The position numbers and the translations under genes are program-made. Of a stretch of 64,000 nt of DNA, positions 1-13,014 are shown in pieces; within the stretch, counting starts at the first letter, position 1; each line of letters starts with the position of its first letter. Location: NCBI RefSeq assembly GCF_039654945.1, contig NW_027361788.1, forward strand, positions 6,634,001 to 6,698,000, read 5' to 3'. The stretch is from Dendrobates tinctorius. Lineage: Eukaryota. The notes under the pieces are model-generated. The model did no database searches and was not told the DNA's origin. It was given only the letters and a program-made list of their open reading frames with translations.

Positions 1-774
1 AGTTGCGCTGGAATCGCGGGAGCTAGATCACGCAGACGACTGCCGGAGCCCCTATGAAGGACACATGACCCATAAACAAGGCACTTTCACAACCTCTTTT
101 TTGAGCTGAAGAAAATTCTTGTTTCCTAATTTCACAGATTTCAAGGTAAGTGTGCCGTCATCATCATATGGACGTTCGTAATTCTGCTTTTAGCCTGGAA
201 TCACAAATGGCAGGTTTTGATGCAGTTTTTTTTTTTTTTTTTAGCTATAGTCATTGATGGATCCAAGATGTGACAATATTGCAAAATAAAAATTGCAATT
301 GTGTAGGTCCATTGTCTACCTTACCTGACCAAAAATATGCGATTATCTAATGTGCACTACGTTCTGTCTGCATTATGGTGCCTGAAATCCATTCTGGAGG
401 GGGGATACTTGCAAGGCATTCAAATTAAGTGGTTAGATAGATTTCATTATGTTCATGCGTGTGGACACTTTTAGAAGAGTGCACAGCGTATAAGCTAGGT
501 ATATATGGAATGAACCTTTTGGTTTCAGACACCGCTCAAAAATCTGGAACAATTTTGAAAAAATCAATTCCGTGTCCAAGCATCGGCTATTTGGTTGCAG
601 GTCTTAATCAGATCTTACTGATTCACCTCCTAGGGGAAAATGAATCAAATTGTATGTCCTTTTATATATATATTTTACTCCATTATTTCCACAGCCCTGT
701 ACATATATTATATCGGCGCTCTCCCTATCAAGGCTGCAGTGCTAACCACTGAGCCACCGTACTGCCCAAGTTGT

Positions 775-1063
775 ATTATTAGTAGTAGTATTATTGTTAG
801 TAGTAATATTATATATTTATATATAATAATCTTTATATAGCGCTTTACAGTTTGCACACATTATCATCACTGTCCCCAATGAGGCTCACAATCTAAATTC
901 CCTATCAGTATGTCTTTAGAGTGTGGGAGGAAACCGGAGGAAACCCATGCAAACACGGGGAGAACATACAAACTCCTTGCAGATGATGTCCTTGGTGGGA
1001 TTTGAACCCAGGACCCCAGTGCTGCAAGGCTGCAGTGCTAACCACTGAGTCACCGTGCTGCCC
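775..1063 (-). mobile_element. tRNA-derived SINE, with an internally deleted second copy at about 670-767
   Basis: Minus strand begins GGGCAGCACGGTGACTCAGTGGTTAGCACTGCAGCC...GGGTTCAAATCCC (Pol III A and B boxes). Body and AT-rich tail run toward 775. The head sequence recurs at 729-767. Confidence 0.8.
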
Positions 1064-1704
1064 TATATTTAAGGCAAATATGGAAGAGAGCATAAAGACA
1101 GAGAAACTATAACGTTCAGTTAACGGATTTTATATTTGTGATAAAGTGTCATTAGTTTACATCAGGTACATTTATAAGCACTGCACCGGCCGAGGAAGCA
1201 AAGTTTTCAGAGAAGCCTCCAGTTTGCAACGGATCCGTTCAAAACTGCAAAAAAAGCTCAAAAGCTCTATTAATAGATGGATCTGTTTAAAATAAAACCT
1301 TTTTAGGTTTTTTGTTTTAATATCCACTGGCATCCTCCTTGGGCAGAGGCCTCACGCCATCGATTCGCTCATGTGAGAGAATTGGGCCGATTGTGCAAAA
1401 ATCCTCTCGGATAAAACTCTGATGGTGTCAGTGCACTTTGCTTTGATTCTCCCACATGTGAGAATCGGTGCACAGATGGGGAGATGGAGGGCTTAATTTC
1501 TCCATTGACGCTGCGAGTTCATCAGATTGCACTCGGATGACATCAGAGTGCAGTCCAATGTTTCTCACTCACCCATAGACTGAATCGGCATGAGCGAAAA
1601 ATTGCAGATTTGATCTGTGCCATATGATAACACTCATCCTAGCGCTATGTGGTAAAACTCTGCATAGCATTCAGCTATGATATACTCGTGTGAGCAAACC
1701 CTTA

Positions 1705-1999
1705 GGCCTCTTTCACACTTCCGTTTTTGACAATCAGTCAAGATCCTCCAATTTTGGAAAAAAACTGATCCGCCATTTTTCTTTGCGGATCCGTTTTTTC
1801 CCCATTGACATTCATTATTGGCGGATCCTGACTGATTGCCGTCCGTTGCATCCGTTTTTTTGAGGATCCGCCACAATGTTAGTGTCCGTCAACATCCTCA
1901 AAGATTTCCAAACGGAGCTTGCAACGTTTTTTTGGCCGGCGGATCCTCCAGACACTGAATTAACCCCAAAATCTGTCTGGGTGCCGGACAAAAAAAAAT

Positions 2000-2055
<56 letters not shown>

Positions 2056-2197
2056 TCTCCTTTAAATTTCCTCATTTTCAGGATCCGTCTAAAAACGGAT
2101 CCTGTGCCATCCGTTCACATCAGTTGAGAACGGATCCGCTTGTCTGCCTTTTTGGTGGATTTTAACTGATGCAAATAACTGAAGTGTGAAAGAGGCC
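1705..2197. mobile_element. PIF/Harbinger-type MITE
   Basis: TIR GGCCTCTTTCACACTTC...GAAGTGTGAAAGAGGCC, TTA on both sides (1702-1704, 2198-2200), internal CGGATCC subterminal motifs, (CT)n at about 2000-2055. Confidence 0.85.
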
Positions 2198-2201
2198 TTA
2201 A

Positions 2202-2601
2202 AGGGAATCTGTCAGAAGATTATTTCTATGTAATCTGACAACAGGGTGGGGTAGAGGCTGAGACCCTGATTCCAGCGATGTGTCACTTTAGTTTGCTGGG
2301 TGCAGCAGGTGTGATACAATAGGTTTTCTCTGTTGCATATCTAGCAGAGTTCGGAATGCTCAGCTCTGTATTACCCTGCCCACACCACTGATTGGTAGCC
2401 TTGTGTACAATGTATCAGTGCTGGGGGAAGGGTTGGACCAGGAGGCACAAGACACCTAGTCTTGTAGTAATGATCTCCTGCAGATTTTATTGAAATGGCA
2501 AAATACAGCCCAGTAAATAAAACATCACTGGAATTAGGATCTCTGCCCCTACACTATGCTGCTCTCAGATAGCATAGCAAAAACTTCCGGACAGATTCCC
2601 T
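2202..2601. mobile_element. TTAA-target MITE (T2/Kolobok-type)
   Basis: TTAA-AGGGAATCTGTC...GACAGATTCCCT-TTAA. A related copy lies at 7245-7660. Confidence 0.82.
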
Positions 2602-3749
2602 TTAAGAATTTTGTGACATAAGTTTTATTTATAGACACTTTGAGACCCATAAGGTTTTTTTTTTATAAATGTATGCAGCTGCATCATGGCTCATTTTTTA
2701 TTTTTTCGCCCTGTATATCACATTGATACAGTTCTGGGGTATTTATGACATTTTGATCAGTATTTTTTTGGACATAATTAGAAATGTTTTTAACCCCATG
2801 GATCCAGTGCTGACCTCTCCTGCTTCAGTGTTCAGGTGATTAGAAGAATGCATCATTGGATGTGTCTCAGTAGCACTCTTCAGGTGTACCTTACCGCTGC
2901 AGCCAATTATTATTATAGCGCCATTTATTCCACAACACTTTACACGTGAACCATCTGAAGCCAATCTGTAAATTCCTAATGGAGCAGGCATTGCACTCGA
3001 TCTATGGGGCTGCCAGTAAAGGATTATGCCTCCCCATTTATTTTATTTAAAAGCATCCTTGCCTTGTTTTTTACAACCACTTTAGATGATTAAGTCATGA
3101 CATAACTGTTATCTTAGATTGTGCTAAAGTAATAGTGTATAAATGTATAGAGAATCAAGACACATGAAGACTTCATGGGCGGTGCAGTCTGGAGGCTGGG
3201 AAGCTACAGGTTGGAGAAAACGTCTCTACAGTATGGAAATAATATGCAGAAGTGTTCTGGTCATAATTAATGAAACGCCTGGTTTGTGGTCACTACTACC
3301 CAATTCCAAAACCTATTCTAAATTTTATTTTCTATTCTCTTTTCCCTTTTTTGCCTGTCATTTTGTAAAACTGTGGCCCTTATAGATGGGGGAGAAAGGG
3401 TCATTTCCTATTTACATTGCTTACATTTATTTGGTTTGAATATCCATTATAGAAAACTTATTGTAACCTTGGAAAAGCACTTGAATATAGCATTCTTTAA
3501 AAAAAAAAAAAGGTGCCACTTCATGCATGGGTTGTGTATGGTACGTCCGCAATGCCCCATTCACGTCAAAGGAGCTGGACTGGAAATCTACACGGCCTGG
3601 AGTTGGGTATGGTGATGGTTTTGCTAGAAAACAGATTTTTTATTTGTTTCTGAATTTTGTTTCTTAGTGATTTCGGCCTACCCTTTTTTAAGCAGATTTT
3701 GAATAATTTGCAGAAAAGCTTGTTACATTGGCACCTGTCGTGGTGTATA

Positions 3750-4440
3750 CACTATATGGACAAGTATTGGGTCGCTTTATAGGAAATCCCATTTTAAATT
3801 AATAAACCTTCTGAACGTTTTTGAACAAGATTTTTGAAAGGTTTGTGTGAATTTTTGCTCCGTCATCCAGCTCCGTATTTGTGAAGTCTGTTCTAGTTCT
3901 TCCCAGAGGTGGTGGATAGAGTGGTGGTCAGGGCTCTGTGCAGCCGGTCGTGAGCTTCCAACCTCAACTCCACACAGTGTCTGTATGGAGTTTGAGCACT
4001 GGGCATAGTCATGGAGAACCAAAAAGAACCTTCCCCAGAACAGTGCCACAAACTTGTAAGCAACAATTGTCCATAATGTCCTGGTATCTATAAGCATTAA
4101 GATTTCTCTTTACCGGGACAAAGGGGCCGAGGCTGAACCCTGAAAAAAATCTTGTAGTATTATCCCTTGTTCAACAAACTACATCGGGAAAAATGCAGTC
4201 AGGGGGTAACGTCCTCCTGGCATTCACCAAACCAAGACTCATCCATCAAATGCCTGATAATGTGCTATCCATCACTGAAGGGAAGTGTTCTGTGTAGAGT
4301 CCAGCGATGGTGGCTTTACACCACTCTATCCAACACTTGGCATTGTGCTCGGTGATGTAAGGCTATGTGCAAGCTCCTGGTGGGGGCACTGTGTTTGTGA
4401 TTATTTAAATACCAGAAAAGAAAATTTATAATATAATCTA
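3750..4440 (-). mobile_element. Decayed Tc1/mariner remnant
   Basis: TA-CACTATATGGACAAGTATTGGG terminus. Minus-strand peptide PAAQSPDHHSIHHLWEELEQ resembles the Tc1 motif WPAQSPDLNPIEHLW. Right boundary approximate. Confidence 0.55.
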
Positions 4441-4854
4441 TCAGAAAAACATTCACCCCCCCCCTCCACTTATGAGACACTTCTAACTCCTCATTCACTC
4501 TTGGAGCTCACTAGGAACACAATATAAATCTGCGTGTTCTTCAATCCATTATCAGTTAGCACTCGGACCACTGTTATGTAAAGGGGCAGTGCTGATTACT
4601 TTTTTTTTTCTTTTCACTGACAATATGTTAAAAAATTTCTCAGATTGCTGCGAGAAAAAAATTGGACGCCTTACAGAGCCACAGTACAGCATTACAAATT
4701 TTATGAATACTTTGTAATCCTGTAGCATAGGAAACTGTAAATGGTCCTGTAAGTTAATTAATAACTGCTGATTCAAAAATAACAAAATGTATATGGACTG
4801 CACATGATAGGAGAGAGAATATCGTCCCATTATTCTGGACGATTGATTATTTAA

Positions 4855-5423
4855 GGGTGGTTTCACATTAGCATTTAAGGCCGCAGCATCGGCCTGCGCA
4901 CGGCCGCTGCTTAGCCCCGCCCCCTGCCGTGCCTCTGCCGGTAGCTCCGCCTACGGGCGCATGACCCTGCATGCGTCCTGCGTCCCCTATCTTTAGCACT
5001 GGGGACGCAGGCCGTGTGCAGGTATGCATTTGGCGGTGCATGCGTTCTTTTGACGGGTGCGCCGACCAGCGCCAAACGCAACCTGTTGCCATTTGGTGCG
5101 CTCGGCACACCGTCAAAAGGACGGGTACCATCCGCCAATTGTTCTGCTTTCTTTTCGCATGGTGTGCACAACCACATGCGGGAAGTAAGCTGAACAATAC
5201 ATTCCTATGGGTGCGGGATCGCCGCGATTCTGCAAAATTAATGAGCATGCTGCGTTTTTTACCGCGAAGCGATTCCGGCGTGGTAAAAACCGCAGCATTA
5301 GCACAGCATTGTGGAATCCCATAGGAATGCATGGGATGCTTATTTTTCGTGTTTTCGCGGCAAAATCGCGCTGTTAAAACCGCCGCGGAAATGCGAAAAA
5401 AAACACCACGTGTGAACTCAGCC
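4855..5423. mobile_element. Harbinger-type MITE (CpG-rich, possibly composite)
   Basis: TAA-GGGTGGTTTCACA...TGTGAACTCAGCC-TTA, imperfect TIRs, GC-rich interior in AT-rich surroundings. Confidence 0.6.
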
Positions 5424-5528
5424 TTAAAGTCAGTCTTGTTCTGACCAATAGGGTTTGCTGTCTTAATGAGAGATTACCACCATCTATGGAAACCCAAGAG
5501 GGGAAGTTTGAGTAGTAGAGTGAAAGTA

Positions 5529-5561
5529 CAGTGGCTTGTGAAATTATTCACCCTCCCCCCA

Positions 5562-5596
<35 letters not shown>

Positions 5597-7221
5597 TCCC
5601 CTTGGCACTTTTGCAAAGTCACAGCCTGTTATTTCACTGTTTTTTTTTTTTTTTTTGAGGATCTGCACCAATTCATATACAGAACATGCCTACAACTGAA
5701 CATTTTAACCAATAGGACAAAATAACTGAAAACTTCAGTGTACATAACTGTTCACCCCCTAGAGTCAGTACTATTTTTGTGGCAATTACAGCTGCAAGTC
5801 GCTTTGGATAAGTCTCTGAGCTTTCCACATCTTGTGGCTTACCTTTTTGCTCATTGCTCAAGGCAAAACTGCTCCAGCTCCTTCAAGTTAGATGGTTTCC
5901 TTTTGGTGAATGGCAATCTTCAAGTCTGACTACAGATTCTGAATTGTATTAAGGTCTGGGCTTTGACTCTGATGTCCTCCTTGCCTGGGCTGAAAGTTTT
6001 GGTGGGCGCCCTCTCTTGGCAGGTTTGTTGTGGTACCATGTTCTTTCCATTTGATGATATGGATTTAATAGTGCTTTGGGGATCATCAGAGATTGGGAAT
6101 TTTTTTTATAACCCAACCCTGACTTGTATTGCCCCTGACTTGTTTGGAGATCTCCTTGGTCTTTGTGGTGGTGTTTGGCGATCTTCTTGGTCTTTGTGGT
6201 GATGTTTTGAGATCTCATTGGTCTTCGTGGTGGTGGTGTTTGGAGATCTCCTTGGTCTTCATGGTGTTGCTTGGAGATCTCCTTCTTGATCTTCGTGGTG
6301 GTGCTTGGAGATCTCCTTGGTCTTCGTGGTGGTGTTTTGAGATCTCTTTGGTGGTCATGGTGGTGTTTGGAGATCTCTTTGGTGTTCATGGTGGTGTTTG
6401 GAGATCTCCTTGATCTTCGTGGTGGTGTTTGGAGATCTCCTTGATCTTCGTGGTGGTGTTTGGTGATCTCTTTGGTGTTCATGGTGGTGTTTGGAGATCT
6501 CCTTGGTCTTCATGGTGTTGTTTGGAGATCTCCTTGATCTTTGTGGTGGTGTTTGGAGATCTCCTTGATCTTCGTGGTAGTGTTTGGAGATCTCCTTGGT
6601 CTTTGTGGTGGTGTTTGGAGATCTCTTTGGTGTTCATGGTGGTGTTTGGAGATCTCCTTGGTCTTCATGGTGTTGTTTGGAGATCTCCTTGATCTTCGTG
6701 GTGGTGTTTGGAGATCTCCTTGATCTTCGTGGTGGTGTTTGGAGATCTCCTTGGTCTTCGTGGTGGTGTTTGGAGATCTCTTTGGTGTTCATGGTGGTGT
6801 TTGGACATCTTCCTGGTCTTCATGGTGTTTGGTTAGTGGTGCCTCTTGTTAATGGTGTTGCAGCCTCTGTGGCCTTTCAGAAAAGGTAAAATGTATATAC
6901 TGAGAGACATGTGACACTTAGATTGAACACAGGGGGACATTCTGTCACTAAGCATGGGACTTATGAAGGTAATTATTTGCACCAGAAATTTTTAGGGACT
7001 TCGTAGAAAAAGTGGTGAATACTCATGCACATGACAATTTTTAGTTATTTGAATCTGTAAATTTAATTCATGCCTATATTTTTCTCACTTCACCAACTTA
7101 GAGTATTTAGTGCTAACACATCACGTACAAATCTGATTAACAAAATAAATAAATACACACAAATTGTAATGAAAACATAGGTAAAAAGTCAATGGGGGAT
7201 GAATACTTTTGCAAGCCACTG
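5529..7221 (-). mobile_element. Defective Tc1 transposon with an internal 31-bp minisatellite
   Basis: TA TSDs (5527-28, 7222-23). TIR CAGTGGCTTGTGAAATTATTCACCC / GGATGAATACTTTTGCAAGCCACTG. Minus-strand transposase remnant KSGLGYKK...GRPPKLSAQARR. Confidence 0.85.
6141..6830. repeat. 31-bp tandem minisatellite, about 22 copies
   Basis: Unit TGGTGGTGTTTGGAGATCTCCTTG(G/A)TCTTC(G/A). The GAGATCTC core recurs every 31 nt (e.g. 6431, 6462). Confidence 0.95.
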
Positions 7222-7244
7222 TATGCACATATGCTTCCGCTTAA

Positions 7245-7660
7245 AGGGAATCTGTGTTAGATTTATGCTATGTTATCTGACAGCATTATGATGTAGAGGC
7301 AGAAACCCTAATTCTGGCAATGTATCACAACTGCTGCACTCAATGAACTATCAGTTTTCTCTGCTGTAGATCTAGCAGAGCTCTGAATGATGAACTCTGT
7401 ATAACCCTGTCCCCTTCCCTGATTGTCAGATTTCTGTGTACACTGTGCATAGGCAGAAAGCTGCTAATCGGTGGGGGAAAAGTTGGACCAGGAGGCACAA
7501 GACACTTTGTCCTGTAGTGATGATCTCCTGATAATAAAACATTGATTTGTATTATAACAGAAACACAAGACCTATTAAATGATATCACTGAAATGAGGCT
7601 CTCAGGCCCTATATCATGCTGTTCTCCGATCACATAGCAAAACCTGCTGACAGATTTCCT
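7245..7660. mobile_element. TTAA-target MITE (T2/Kolobok-type), second copy
   Basis: TTAA-AGGGAATCTG...CAGATTTCCT-TTAA. Internal sequence is homologous to 2202-2601 (e.g. GTTGGACCAGGAGGCACAAGACAC). Confidence 0.82.
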
Positions 7661-10600
7661 TTAAAGAGACCACGTCAGCAGGTTTTTAGACCCTAAGGTA
7701 AGGTCATCTGTGTAAAGTCCTTGTAATATTGATGGCATCTATTCCTTTGCATAAGTCTGTGCTTCTGTTTTATAGACATCCATCAGCAAATTGTCATGCA
7801 AAAAAGCCTCAAATACAGGGGCCTTGGTCCTGCACTTGCAGCTCTTTGGCCACTGTCCCTTTTCCCACACTTGCTGCTGGTCTCCGGTCCGTGACTGACG
7901 GGAAACTTTTCTGTGCTATGTTCCTCCACCAGAGACATTGCGCAAGTGCCATTGCTCACCACTCCCAGGATGGTGCAGAGACAGGCCCCCAGCGCTTGCC
8001 AATTTAATATCTATAAGTGAAGGCTCAGACGTCCGTATCACTCAAACGGAGATCGCAAAAAAAAGCTCAGACTGGCCAGAGTGTCTCAGCATGTATTTTA
8101 ATGGAGCTGTCACGCTTTGGTCAGTAGAGCTGCTGGCCAGTCTGAGCATTGTGTTGCGATCCTTATCTGAGTAGTACGGCTGTCTGACAAAAATTGAGGC
8201 ACGGACTTATAAAACAAAAGGGATCGACGTCATCAACGTTATAAGGACTCTATATAGATGACATTAGTTTGAGGGTCTAAACACATGCTGACTGGCTTAA
8301 TTTAATAGTGCTGGATTCACAGCACAGTGCTGGATTCACAGCTACACTGCCCAGTACTGTTGTATAATGTTCTCCATGCAGCTGATACTTCTGAGGGTGC
8401 ACTAAATAGAGAATGGAAGGCAGGAATTCCTCATGTCTCTGTATGCTGTATATGCGAGACATCACACAGGATATGGTCCCTGTGCAAGAACGATACATGG
8501 GCCCTTTGCAGTGGAAATGCTCATCGTAATGCAAAATTCCACCTGCTTTGGAAGGGGAAGTTGACCCTTTTACCTCTTGGGCACCAATGATATGTCTTCC
8601 CCTGGAAGATGTGATGGTAGCTAGTCTTCACACAGCGGCTCAGTGGCAACTAAAAATAAGCGACTGAGAAAACAGTTTCAGGATAAAAGTATATAACGGC
8701 CAAACTGTGTTCCTCAAAAACGCACACGACGTATACTGAAGCCACCTGAAGTGACTGGCACGCTTCCAGCTTAATGACTGAGTAGCCATTTGGCATCGCA
8801 GACGAGCAGGAAACAATATAAAGCTTGTTCACATGATTGTCTATTTACAGACTTTTTGTTTTGCAATTCTGCGTTTTAATGAATATTTTATATGAAACCG
8901 ATCTTCCGTCGTGTATTAAAACAAAACCTATTGCCTGAACCTTTCCGTACAACCGGCAGCTAATGAGCCGAACGTTTATGAATCTAAAGTTGCCTCATTT
9001 ACAGCAAGCGCGAGTGTTAAATGGCTCCGTAAGGTTGCAGAGCGATTCTGATCATCTCCATTGTGAGCGCAGAACTTGTATTGTTTACTGGATCTTTTCT
9101 TTTGTTGCACTGGAAAGGAAAAGGCATCTGGTTGCTGGGAGATAGCAGCCGTCCAGTAGAGCAGCGCGCAAGATTTATGAGACATGCCAGTGTGTTTTTT
9201 TTTATTATTTTTTTTTATGCTTTTCACAAGCCACTATGTAAATTTTGCATATTCCACACTCCTATCTCTGTATAAGCGGGCACATTACTCCCGATATATC
9301 ACTGTTGCCGTAGATATTGATAAATATCTGCAACTGAAAATTGGTTCCACTCATCTAAATGGGGTTGTATCTGATGAATGAGCCACTTGCAGAACTTTTT
9401 GCAGCAAACGTGTAACGTGTGAATAATACCCTTGTGATTGCTTTACAGATTTTCTAAACTAAATGCAACAGAATTCTAAAGCGATTTATGGCAGAAATTT
9501 TCACCAAGATTTAAGTTGACCCCTTTCCTGTTTGTTTCTGTGAAATCACACCCCTTGTCAGTTTTTTGCTATTTTTAAACCAAATAGCCAGATATTAGTC
9601 TAATATTGATTTAAAAAAAATTAGTCTGATTAATAGTTGAAGACTGTCCAGTCTAATTTTGCATTGTCGCCCAGGCTTTGGATCCTAGTGGAGCCCAAGA
9701 GGTTCCTTTTTTCATATATGAAAAAACAGCAATAATTGGGGCCTTGTTGGAGATTTTGCGTTGAGGCCGACGAGCTTCAAGTTGCACCACTGAATCCATC
9801 CTCCCCCATCTCCCAAATGTAGTCTGTTCTCTGTTTTTCCTTTTACTGCATTTTTCACATTGCCTTTTTTATTGGAAAAGGAGCGGCAACATTTTTACTA
9901 GCCAAAAGGATAGAAGAAATGTGAAGGAAGCCTAAGCTGGTTCCCACGGCATTCGGCATCACATTCACATGGCTGTCCCAGGCTTCAGATGGAAAAACGG
10001 GGTTTAGATGTGGACGAAACGGACACAATGCTGAGATTTTTTTAGAGAAAAAATGGGGGTGCTTAGAGCTTACCACACTTGTAAGATTTGAGCCCATGGG
10101 AGGCAAAAACCGTCGGGTGCCATGTCTCCAGCTGGTGCAGCACAGCAACCATAGAAGGAAAAAGAGGGAGTTCAGCACTTCCAGCAGCTCAATAAATAGT
10201 GTCTAGGCAGGACTAGACAACGGGAAGTGATGTCAATAAAAACAGTGTCTTATGGGAGCAATCAAATGATCCCTCAAATGTTTCAGTGGCCTGATTGGAG
10301 ACTGTGGAAATCTAGAAAAGGCAGTGAGTTCATTGCCCATTACTGTTTTTTTTTTTTTTTTTGAGGCTGGATATGTACTTTTCCATTTTCTTTATGCCAC
10401 TGCTATCCATTCCTTACACTAAAGCCTGTGCACTCCCCACCACATTGCACGGTAAAATGGTTGGGAGACGGTTGGTGTGCAGTTCTCTAACCTTATTATT
10501 AAGGCACATCCTATTAGAGGCCAGCGAAGCATTGGATGGCTAGCTTGGCCACTGTTCTATCCACATGCAACAGCCTTTCTAGCATAAAAAAAAATGAATA

Positions 10601-11099
10601 AAGAAAAAAAATAAAATCTCAAAAGACATCTACAGAAAGGGGAATTATCATCCTCATGTTGAACATACAGTATAGAAACTAATTATAACTGGGGGAGAGA
10701 GAAACTAATTAAAAGAGGGAAAGTGAGAGAGATGACACTTCAATCTCCTTTGTAGAAAGGCCCCCCTGCAATGAATGGGTAATTACCACAGGAAGATTTG
10801 CTGGGAAGAAGGCACCAAGGCTGAGATTCGTTTATGCAGAAACAGGCAAGTATGCTTCCAAACCTCTGATCAAAGAATCTTTCTGTGAAGTTTTGGAGAC
10901 AGTGGTTAGTGATGAATATTGGGGTTTGCATTGATCCGATATTTATAGGATACATTCTCGGCGTCCTATCGAGGGATGAACATAACCCATTCACTCACAT
11001 CACTGGAAGAACATTCTAATCCCTCCAACTTAATATCGCCCCAATGGATTATGCAATCAATGTCAAGTTACACATGCATACATGCACATACATATTCAT

Positions 11100-11440
11100 A
11101 CCCCGGCTGTTATCCGTGACACTTTCCTCTTGCCATCTTGCCCATTGTAACATCAGTCTTCCAACACTTAACCTCTGATCCTCTAAAGACCTTCTCTCCT
11201 CCATACTTATAGCTCCACACCCAATCAGCTCCACGACTTCGCCTGAGTTTCCCCCATCCTGTGCCCCAACACTTTCGATAATCCATCACATTTGTAACTT
11301 CCAGACTGAACTTAAAAAAACATCTCTTCAAGAAAGCTATAGCCTGCAATGACCCTGCTGCCACCTAACCACCACTGAAAATGCTACAAAACCCCCAACC
11401 TACTGCCCCCTTCCCCATTATCCTGTAGATTATAAACCTG
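11100..11440 (+). mobile_element. L2-type LINE 3' end remnant
   Basis: Degenerate ORF2 C-terminus (...TTCCAGACTGAACTTAAAAAAACATCTCTTCAAGAAAGCTAT, i.e. F..nLK.HLF.KA) followed by 3'UTR-like sequence. An opposite-strand LINE/SINE tail with (AAT)n lies at about 11785-11960. Confidence 0.55.
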
Positions 11441-13014
11441 CAATAATAAGTTGGAATGTAGTTTGGTCACGTTTTGGGGAAAAAAATATTTTAACTGTAA
11501 TATGGTATTTTTGTTGATTTCCTGCTTACTCAAAAATGGGGATTTTGTTGATTTCCTGCTTACTCAAAAATGGGGATTTTGAGCTAATATTTTATAAATA
11601 CATTAATTTTTGACACTACAATTTTATTATTTGTGCTAAAACTTGAGATAAATGGAAATGGATTTGAAATTGACTGGACCATTAGGGATTTCAGGATAAA
11701 AGCACTTGTTAAAATTTGCATTGCAAAAAATATTTGCAGTTTGTGGTCAATATTGCATGATATTGCTGTGCAGTGATAGATGGGATAATAATAATAATAA
11801 TAAATTATACTTCTATAGCGCCGACATATTCCGCAGCAATTTACATTTCAGAGGGGATTTGTACAGACAATAGACATTACAGCATAACAATAATCACATA
11901 GATCATAACAGATACCAGGAGGAATGAGGGCCCTGCTCGCAAGCTTACAGTCTATGAGGAAAACGGTAGACACGAAAGGTGGGTGGTAACAATTGCCCTG
12001 ATTGTATGGACCAGCCATAATGTTAAGTGTGTAACAGTACAGACACAGAGGGCTGGCACAAAGACATTTGGAGAGTATAGGCTAAAATTTAGCCTATATT
12101 AAAAAATAGGTATCTTTTTAGAGCTTTTATGGTCAAAGATTTTGGTGGCATTCCCCTTCCTACATTTACCTCCAACTTAATTTTTTTCTTTCTGTTTGAG
12201 GAGTTTTGTATATTCACACCTGCTTACTGTCTCTCAAACGTTCTGTTTGGCTTCTCATTACCAAGAATAGTGCAGTATGCCGCAATGTTTTTTATTTTTG
12301 CCATGAAAATGAAGAAAACCCTGCTTAGGCAATTATACGTCAATGAGATTTGTAGGGCATTGTGCGAAGACTTCTGTTGTAAATGGGTCTTTGTAGCACA
12401 AATCACAGCTAGGCATTTCATTCTTCCATTCGTCTTTCGTACAATGGCTCCCTATGGACTCAATCAGGGCCGGCACAAGGTATTTTGGTGGCCTAGGCAA
12501 ATATAGCTGATGGCCCCCTCACTCCCCCATTGAAAGCCTAGCCCCAACTAAAGGAATGGGTCAGAGACTAAGGAAACAGGACCCCTAACACCTCACCCCC
12601 TTCTTCTTCCAATGAGTCAGGTAACAAGCTATCATGACTGCTTTCGCTGGAGTTGTTACCCCCTTAAAAAAAAAAACAGCAGAAGTTAAAATACATTTAT
12701 TTTTTTTAGGGGTGAGGCTCAACAGGGAGTGGTTTTCACAGTTAGATATGATTTAACATTGTTTGCTGACAGTTTACACAATACAAGGGACAAATGGTGA
12801 TATTCATCCCTGACCTCCTATATTTTAAATGTCAGACCCAAGGATAGTCCTGGAAACTAATATAGCTTAACTATAATGAGGGCCATATGGTTTAAATTCA
12901 GGTGTCCAACATTTGGTGGATATCCTAATTGAACTTAAACGATCCCCTGTCATAGATAAAGGGATATGTATGATGGCTTTTATGTTAGTCATGCAGCAAA
13001 CAGTTTTCAACAAA

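Noticed and set aside
990-1063. tRNA gene
   Set aside because: A/B boxes are present but continue into a SINE body and tail, and no complete cloverleaf was seen.
6141-6830. Regular 31-bp repeat with a palindromic GAGATCTC core, superficially CRISPR-like
   Set aside because: Units are contiguous with no unique spacers, there are no cas genes, the context is vertebrate, and the unit derives from a Tc1 start codon.
8277-8832. ORFs in apparently unique sequence (8327-8590 +, 8277-8534 -)
   Set aside because: No recognisable protein motif or convincing splice-site pair. It could be a UTR exon or regulatory DNA but cannot be supported from sequence alone.
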